Source: Candidatus Kaiserbacteria bacterium
Lineage (GTDB): Bacteria > Patescibacteriota > Minisyncoccia > Phycocordibacterales > UBA918
Length of the DNA stretch: 64,000 nucleotides
Assembly (NCBI GenBank): GCA_031430855.1
Contig: JANPCG010000015.1
Coordinates: 68,522-132,521, forward strand
Reading direction: 5' to 3'
Shown here: positions 58,559-64,000 of the stretch, piece after piece
How positions within the stretch are numbered: the stretch's first letter is position 1
Layout of the letters: each line of letters begins with the position of its first letter
Notes under the pieces: model-generated
The model's database searches: none
Told to the model about the DNA's origin: nothing
What the model saw: the letters and a program-made list of their open reading frames with translations, nothing else
Program-made: the position numbers and the translations under genes

Positions 58559-59230
58559 TTAAATCATCCCTGAGTCAAGGAGTGCGTCTAAGTTCTTCTT
58601 TTTACTCTTCACAATACTCGTGTCCACCACTTTCTTTGGTTCTGGGGCAACAGGCTTGGCAGCGTCTTTTAGTTTCTGGGTCTTGGTTCCCGGCATTCGT
58701 TCGAGGGTCGTAGTGTAGCCTTTGGGGCTTTTTTTCATCTCATCTGCTATTTTGTACTCAGTCGGGATGATTTTAAGGAAACGGTCGAGACGCTCCTTTA
58801 AAAAGGCTGGTTCCATGTATTTGTAGCGACCCCACAAAAAAAGATCAACCTTTACCCGGTGTCCTTCTTCGAGCCATTCAGACGCTCGTTTAGCTTTGAG
58901 GAGTTGGTCATTTTCACCAGTTCCGATTTTTACCTGGACACTTTTAGTTTCAGTAACGTGCGACTTTGACCGCATCTCACTTTCTTTTTGACCAGTATCA
59001 TAACGATACTTACCAAAGTCCATGATTTTAGCGACCGGCGGCTTGGCATTTGGGCTAATTTCAATCAGGTCAAGATTCGCATCATCAGCTGCCTTGAGGG
59101 CAGCTTCAAGGGTGAGTACACCCAAGTTTTCACCGGCCGGACCAACTACACGCAGTTCTTTGGCGCGGATAGCGGCGTTAATTCGTGTCTTTACTTTGTA
59201 TTCGAAGGTAGAGGGTTTTTGCAAGTTAAT
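58559..59230 (-). CDS. infC: Translation initiation factor IF-3
   Basis: LDLIEISPNAKPPVAKIMDFGKY; in-frame ATT at 59230 is the likely start. Confidence 0.95.
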   Translation of the reverse strand: MNLQKPSTFEYKVKTRINAAIRAKELRVVGPAGENLGVLTLEAALKAADDANLDLIEISPNAKPPVAKIMDFGKYRYDTGQKESEMRSKSHVTETKSVQVKIGTGENDQLLKAKRASEWLEEGHRVKVDLFLWGRYKYMEPAFLKERLDRFLKIIPTEYKIADEMKKSPKGYTTTLERMPGTKTQKLKDAAKPVAPEPKKVVDTSIVKSKKKNLDALLDSGMI

Positions 59231-59357
59231 TGGTTTTAGAAAATAAAAAGGTGGAGGTGGCTGCGAAAAGAGGCAGCGGTGCGCGGTTATGCTGGAGTGG
59301 TGATTGTCATACTAAAACGAAGTGTCAAAAATATACCATATAAAAGTCTATTTGCAA

Positions 59358-60821
59358 TCAGGTATTGAGATACAGTCGTGCTCGTTCTTCATGTTGTTGT
59401 CGTTTTTCTGGACTCATCCGGACCAATAGCTTGGGCATCATCGAAAGGCGATGGTTTGAATTAAAGAAATCGGCATGATCTGCAATAAACTGCCAATAGA
59501 GAGCCGTCCAAAGCTCATTCCAATTACCACGTGGGTAGTCAGACATTTTTTCGATATAGCTACTACCGCTGATATATGGTTTCGTGGCAAAACTTCCGCC
59601 ATCACTAAACTGACTCATGCCATAGACATTTGGTACCATCACCCAATCATAGGCATCTACATACATTGCCATAAACCAGCGATAGACCTCATCCGGATGA
59701 ATTCGCGCTAAGAGCATAAAATTCCCCATAACCATCAGTCGTTCAATATGGTGGGTGTATCCGTACGAGAGGGCAGTCGTAATAACGTGATCGAGGGGAA
59801 AGATGTCTGTCGTGCCGGTCCAGAAGGAATCGGGAAGCAGCCGGGTGTGATTAAAAAAGTTTTTTGTACGCATCGACTTTCCGTCAACGATATAGCTTGC
59901 CCTCATAAATTCCCGCCAGCCAATGATTTGCCGGATAAAACCCTCGAGTGAATTGAGAGGTGTGGTATGAGTTTTTGCGTAGGTTATAGCAGTATCAACT
60001 ACCTGGCGCGGGTGTAATAGTCCAATATTAATAAGTGGGGAGAGAGTAGAATGAAAAATTCGGGTATGGTACTTTGAAAGTGCGTCCTCGTAGTCACCAA
60101 AGTGGGTGAACCGAGTTTCTAAAAACTCTTCTAAGTAGGCCTCTGCTCCGGCTCTTGTATACGGAAGCCAGACTGACGGGGTACCATACTGTTCGCTATT
60201 GATGCTGTCGAGCCACGTCTCAGCTGCTACGATGTCATCGTTGGTGTGCGGGCTGATATCAGGTGGCAACGGAAATTGTTTTGGCAACTTTTTGCGATTG
60301 TTACTATCAAAACTGAAAGTGCCACCGGCTGGGGTATTGTCTTCGTTCATAAGAATACCTGAGTCCTTGCGATAGGCTTCGTAAAAACGTTTCATTGAGC
60401 GTTTACTGGTGAGGAATCGTTCGCGCGCTTCGGTTTGCGTAAATATAAACAGCGGTGATTCATAGGAATGACGAGTAATCTCTTGTTTTTGTGCGGCTAC
60501 CCAAATCCGTTTCTCGAGCCAATAGTCAACGGTATCAACCACATGCATGACGGTCACTCCATCCCGACGGAGTCGCAAAAACACATCATCCGAATGACCG
60601 AGGTCACGTACCTCAAGGTACGTGACCGTATAGCCGGCCCCGACAAGTTCACTTTGATATGCTTGCATTGATAAACGGTGAAGTAAAAGCTTTTGTCGGT
60701 GACATCCAAATTCTGTCAAGAAAAGTGGTTCCTCAGCGAGGTAGACAGGGCGTCCCGGAGCGAGAGCTGGGTGGGTATGGACTGGAAACAGTTGGTTCGG
60801 GTAAATAAGAGAAACTTCCAT
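59358..60821 (-). CDS. Cryptochrome/photolyase family protein (PhrB/CryB-like class)
   Basis: HRQKL, FDSNNRK, FGDYEDA, EGFIRQIIGWREF, YTHHIERLM and DAYDWVMVPNV. Confidence 0.9.
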   Translation of the reverse strand: MEVSLIYPNQLFPVHTHPALAPGRPVYLAEEPLFLTEFGCHRQKLLLHRLSMQAYQSELVGAGYTVTYLEVRDLGHSDDVFLRLRRDGVTVMHVVDTVDYWLEKRIWVAAQKQEITRHSYESPLFIFTQTEARERFLTSKRSMKRFYEAYRKDSGILMNEDNTPAGGTFSFDSNNRKKLPKQFPLPPDISPHTNDDIVAAETWLDSINSEQYGTPSVWLPYTRAGAEAYLEEFLETRFTHFGDYEDALSKYHTRIFHSTLSPLINIGLLHPRQVVDTAITYAKTHTTPLNSLEGFIRQIIGWREFMRASYIVDGKSMRTKNFFNHTRLLPDSFWTGTTDIFPLDHVITTALSYGYTHHIERLMVMGNFMLLARIHPDEVYRWFMAMYVDAYDWVMVPNVYGMSQFSDGGSFATKPYISGSSYIEKMSDYPRGNWNELWTALYWQFIADHADFFNSNHRLSMMPKLLVRMSPEKRQQHEERARLYLNT

Positions 60822-60846
60822 GTATTTCTAGTATACTCGAAAAGCC

Positions 60847-60978
60847 ATGAACCAAAAAGAATCGAAAATTTGCCCCGTGTGTAAACGTCCGTTTACGAAT
60901 CGAAAATCCTGGAAAATGCGCGGTCAGTGGGAGCAGGTTGTCTACTGTAGTGAACGATGTAAAAAACAAGGAATATGA
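60847..60978 (+). CDS. DUF2256-like small zinc-finger protein
   Basis: Manual translation MNQKESKICPVCKRPFTNRKSWKMRGQWEQVVYCSERCKKQGI; ATGA overlap with the next gene. Confidence 0.85.
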   Translation: MNQKESKICPVCKRPFTNRKSWKMRGQWEQVVYCSERCKKQGI

Positions 60979-62066
60979 ATTGGGTAGCATCATACGATGA
61001 AATAGTGGAAAAGATACGCTCTATAAACCCAGTCGCGTACGCAAGAACTCGTAATCATCTCAGCGGGCAGGTGACTCATTTGTCGCCGTATATTACTCGG
61101 GGAGTAGTAACCTTACCGCAGGTTCGTGATTTAGTACTGCAACGCTACTCTACCCATGAAGCCAAAACATTTATCCAAGAGTTGGCCTGGCGGGAGTATT
61201 TTCAAAATGTCTGGGACGAAAAGGGTGATTTGATTTGGGAGGATTTACGGTTCCCACGGAGTGATTACCGTCATCACGAGCTGGTAACCGGCATTGTTAT
61301 GGGTCAGACAGGGATCCGTGCATTAGATGAATCGGTCCTCACCTTACAGCAGACGGGGTATATTCATAATCATGAACGGATGTGGCTCTCTGCTCTCTCG
61401 AGTAATATTGCCCGAGCCGACTGGCGAATGATGAGTCGATTCATGTATTACTACCTGCTTGATGGTGATATCGCGAGTAACACCCTCTCGTGGCAATGGG
61501 TAGCCGGAACGTCAGTTAACAAGCGATACGATATGAATCAGGAACTTATTAATGGCTGTGGTGGAGTGGTTGAGAAAGATACGTATCTCGATGTTGAACG
61601 TTCAGCGGTACAATCAATTAACCTTCCTTCAGAACTCGAAGCGTCCACTCCTTTTACTTTTACAACGGAACTCCCCAAAGGGGACGCTGTCGCTTCAGTG
61701 TCAAATCAGACAATTTATTTGTACCATCCCTGGCACCTCAGTCCCACCTGGAGAAATGAAACAATTCCAGACCGGAAAATCCTCGTTCTTGAACCGAGTC
61801 ATTTCGCCCGGTATCCCGTAGATAGTAAGGTCCTCTCTTTTATAGTTGATGAAGCCCATAAACTCCATCCCACAATTGAAATGTGGGTAGGAGAAGTAGG
61901 AGATATCGACGGGTTTGGATCAGTCAAAGAAGTGTATAGTGTTGCCCATCCGGAGACTAGGCACTTCAATGCCGTCCTTGATGAACGAGAGCGACTTTTC
62001 CCGCAGGTGACAGGCTACCACCAAAGCTTCTTTAAATTCTGGCAGGAGTGTGAAAAGTTCTTATAA
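60975..62066 (+). CDS. Photolyase-related FAD-binding protein
   Basis: YARTRNHL, LSPYITRG, ELAWREY, GYIHNHERMW and LLDGDIASNTLSWQW. Confidence 0.88.
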   Translation: MNWVASYDEIVEKIRSINPVAYARTRNHLSGQVTHLSPYITRGVVTLPQVRDLVLQRYSTHEAKTFIQELAWREYFQNVWDEKGDLIWEDLRFPRSDYRHHELVTGIVMGQTGIRALDESVLTLQQTGYIHNHERMWLSALSSNIARADWRMMSRFMYYYLLDGDIASNTLSWQWVAGTSVNKRYDMNQELINGCGGVVEKDTYLDVERSAVQSINLPSELEASTPFTFTTELPKGDAVASVSNQTIYLYHPWHLSPTWRNETIPDRKILVLEPSHFARYPVDSKVLSFIVDEAHKLHPTIEMWVGEVGDIDGFGSVKEVYSVAHPETRHFNAVLDERERLFPQVTGYHQSFFKFWQECEKFL

Positions 62067-62879
62067 AACTTCTGACCGTTTTAGTCGTCCCGGTATAAAG
62101 TAATTTGTTTCAGCCATGTAGGTGTTGTAATCGACCGGGTATTTCTCCAAAAATATTCGCTCGAGCATTGGTCCAGTTACTTTGGTCACAATATAGGTAA
62201 TCATGAGAGGGCTCGCGAGTCCGAGGTAGCCAAACGGTAACGGGAGTACCATGAGGGCAAAACCCCACCAGACGAGCGTTTCTCCAAAATAATTGGGGCG
62301 GCGCGCATATCGAAATAACCCAGTTTTCATTATAACTGCCGGTTCTGTGCCGGCTCGCTTACGGGCGAGAAATTGATCGAGTTGGTAGTCTGAAATCGTT
62401 TCAATTATGAGTCCAATTGTAAATACGAGGCATCCCAAAATAATCCAAAGCCAATTCAGTGAATCTAAAAAGGTGATTGCGAGAATGAATGGAAGACTTA
62501 CAATCAGAATGATGAATCCTTGGAGGAGGTTAACCTGCAAAAAACTACGAATAACAAAGTATAGTTGCCCACGTTTTTGCCATTCTTCTCGCCAGGCTGC
62601 ATACCGAGCATCTTCTGGTTTGCCTTTATTTTTACGATAAATCCTAATGCTGAGTCGTGTGGCCCAAACTCCAGTAAGTCCAAGCACGAGGAGGGGGAGG
62701 ACATTCGTGGTGTGTAAAAGCATTGCCATTACGAGAGCGCTAACAAAGAATGATGGCCCATACGCGATATCCATGAGGCTATTATCTCGTTTTAGTTGAG
62801 AAATCAAAAACACCGTACTGACGTAGATGAGCAATATACTGCCAAAGACACATGTGTTAACAAGTAGGTTTTCGCCCAT
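62061..62879 (-). CDS. DUF1295 / steroid reductase-like membrane protein
   Basis: DIAYG, EDARY, ETISDYQL and GLFRYARRPNYFGE. Confidence 0.9.
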   Translation of the reverse strand: MGENLLVNTCVFGSILLIYVSTVFLISQLKRDNSLMDIAYGPSFFVSALVMAMLLHTTNVLPLLVLGLTGVWATRLSIRIYRKNKGKPEDARYAAWREEWQKRGQLYFVIRSFLQVNLLQGFIILIVSLPFILAITFLDSLNWLWIILGCLVFTIGLIIETISDYQLDQFLARKRAGTEPAVIMKTGLFRYARRPNYFGETLVWWGFALMVLPLPFGYLGLASPLMITYIVTKVTGPMLERIFLEKYPVDYNTYMAETNYFIPGRLKRSEVL

Positions 62880-62913
62880 ACGTATTTATTCTAGCAGGTG
62901 ATAGAATAATCAC

Positions 62914-63495
62914 ATGCCTCGCGCGCGGACAACCACCGCAATAGAAGACGAAGGTGTCGTAAAAAAGCCTCGAACCACAAGGGTTCGGGCGATTTCGCCG
63001 GATGAAGATTTGCCTCCAAAAGTGCCTCGTAAACGGGCGTCAAAACAAGTGAGTGAACCAATTGCCGAAACTGAGCCTATTCGTAAAGCGCCTACAGCGT
63101 TCCGAGATCAAAAGCGCACCTCGAGTACAGGTATGAGAAATTTTGTAATTATTGTGGTGTTCTGTTTAAGTATTGTGAGTATCGGCCTTGGGATTGGTTT
63201 TAGTGACAAAGGTCAAATAAACGTTGTTGCGATTGTGAACGAACGAAACGAAAAGATTAACCGCGGGGAGGTTCGCTCGGCGACCGGCGAAGCTATAACT
63301 CAAACAATTCCGATTCAAGGAAGTGATAATCGTCCCAATGGTGGATTAATCCCGGCGGATACACCTCCACCTGCAGCATCTCCGGTTGAAACCACTCCTT
63401 CGGATAGTTCAGCTACCACAACGCCGGAATTTAATGCTTCAAGTACCGAGGAAGTTGGAGAAGAGGTAATCGCGAGCACTACCGTATCTGAGTAG
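62914..63495 (+). CDS. Single-pass membrane protein with low-complexity tails
   Basis: Basic N-terminus, TM helix, GFSDKGQINV and acidic Ser/Thr tail. Confidence 0.72.
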   Translation: MPRARTTTAIEDEGVVKKPRTTRVRAISPDEDLPPKVPRKRASKQVSEPIAETEPIRKAPTAFRDQKRTSSTGMRNFVIIVVFCLSIVSIGLGIGFSDKGQINVVAIVNERNEKINRGEVRSATGEAITQTIPIQGSDNRPNGGLIPADTPPPAASPVETTPSDSSATTTPEFNASSTEEVGEEVIASTTVSE

Positions 63496-63525
63496 GACTA
63501 CTTCAGTAACAAAACAGCTGCCCAC

Positions 63526-63924
63526 TTAGGCAGCTGTTTTTGGTATGCATTTATCACAGCGACATCCTTTTGATTTTATGTGCGTATTCCAAAACTCTTT
63601 GCCGTAGTTGTAGTTTAGTTCTTCTCCAGATTTAATACCGCGTTTGGCGTAAATACGAATGTATTTTTCATCCTCATCGATTTCGGGATAGCAGTTTGGC
63701 CTACAGGAGTGATTAATATATCGAGCAGGATTCTCTCTTCCTTTTCCATCGATCACATACTCGTCATTTAATTGAAAGAGATACTGTCCACCACGACGAT
63801 TTGCTTCTGCTTCGGTAATTTTCTCACCGGTATACTCAATAATAAAATCTCCCTTTTTAATTGGTTGTGTGGTAAAGAGTCCCAGTCCATGGGCGCCTCG
63901 TTTTACGGTAAATGCAGTTGTCAT
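63526..63924 (-). CDS. SET-domain lysine methyltransferase-like protein
   Basis: GLGLF, IIEYTGE, RYINHSCRPNC, ELNYNYG and post-SET CRCDKC. Confidence 0.93.
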   Translation of the reverse strand: MTTAFTVKRGAHGLGLFTTQPIKKGDFIIEYTGEKITEAEANRRGGQYLFQLNDEYVIDGKGRENPARYINHSCRPNCYPEIDEDEKYIRIYAKRGIKSGEELNYNYGKEFWNTHIKSKGCRCDKCIPKTAA

Positions 63925-64000
63925 AACGGGCAACAGTATAGCAGAATTCAACGTTCCCAACAGTGCCTGCATGGGTTACTACATATGCAGGTTATAGACG

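Overview
64 kb of a small-genome bacterium that looks like a Patescibacteria/CPR (Parcubacteria-type) member. This is inferred from the missing rpmD between rpsE and rplO, AT-rich leaders mostly without Shine-Dalgarno sequences, and typical Parcubacteria surface-protein motifs. The backbone is the str-S10-spc ribosomal supercluster (rpsL to secY, adk, map) plus infC-rpmI-rplT, broken by six accessory insertions. These carry large secreted multidomain proteins, an NAD-salvage operon (NadM-Nudix plus NAMPT) with two NrtR-like boxes, msrA, an ABC-F and two Cmk-like kinases. Downstream of map lie ndk, a 6S-like RNA, a photolyase cluster and a SET-domain gene. Three observations stand out. (1) A dispersed, covarying three-hairpin non-coding element (7 copies); two copies directly follow truncated msrA 5' ends and two overlap the ABC-F and fusA stop codons. 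(2) A second family of ~120-nt long hairpins (6 copies), mostly beside ribosomal genes. (3) Four secreted Cys-rich proteins with a constant N-terminus and variable C-terminus, two in tandem behind duplicated terminator-promoter blocks and one inactivated by a single in-frame TAA. No rRNA, tRNA, CRISPR array, integrase, transposase or reverse transcriptase was recognised.
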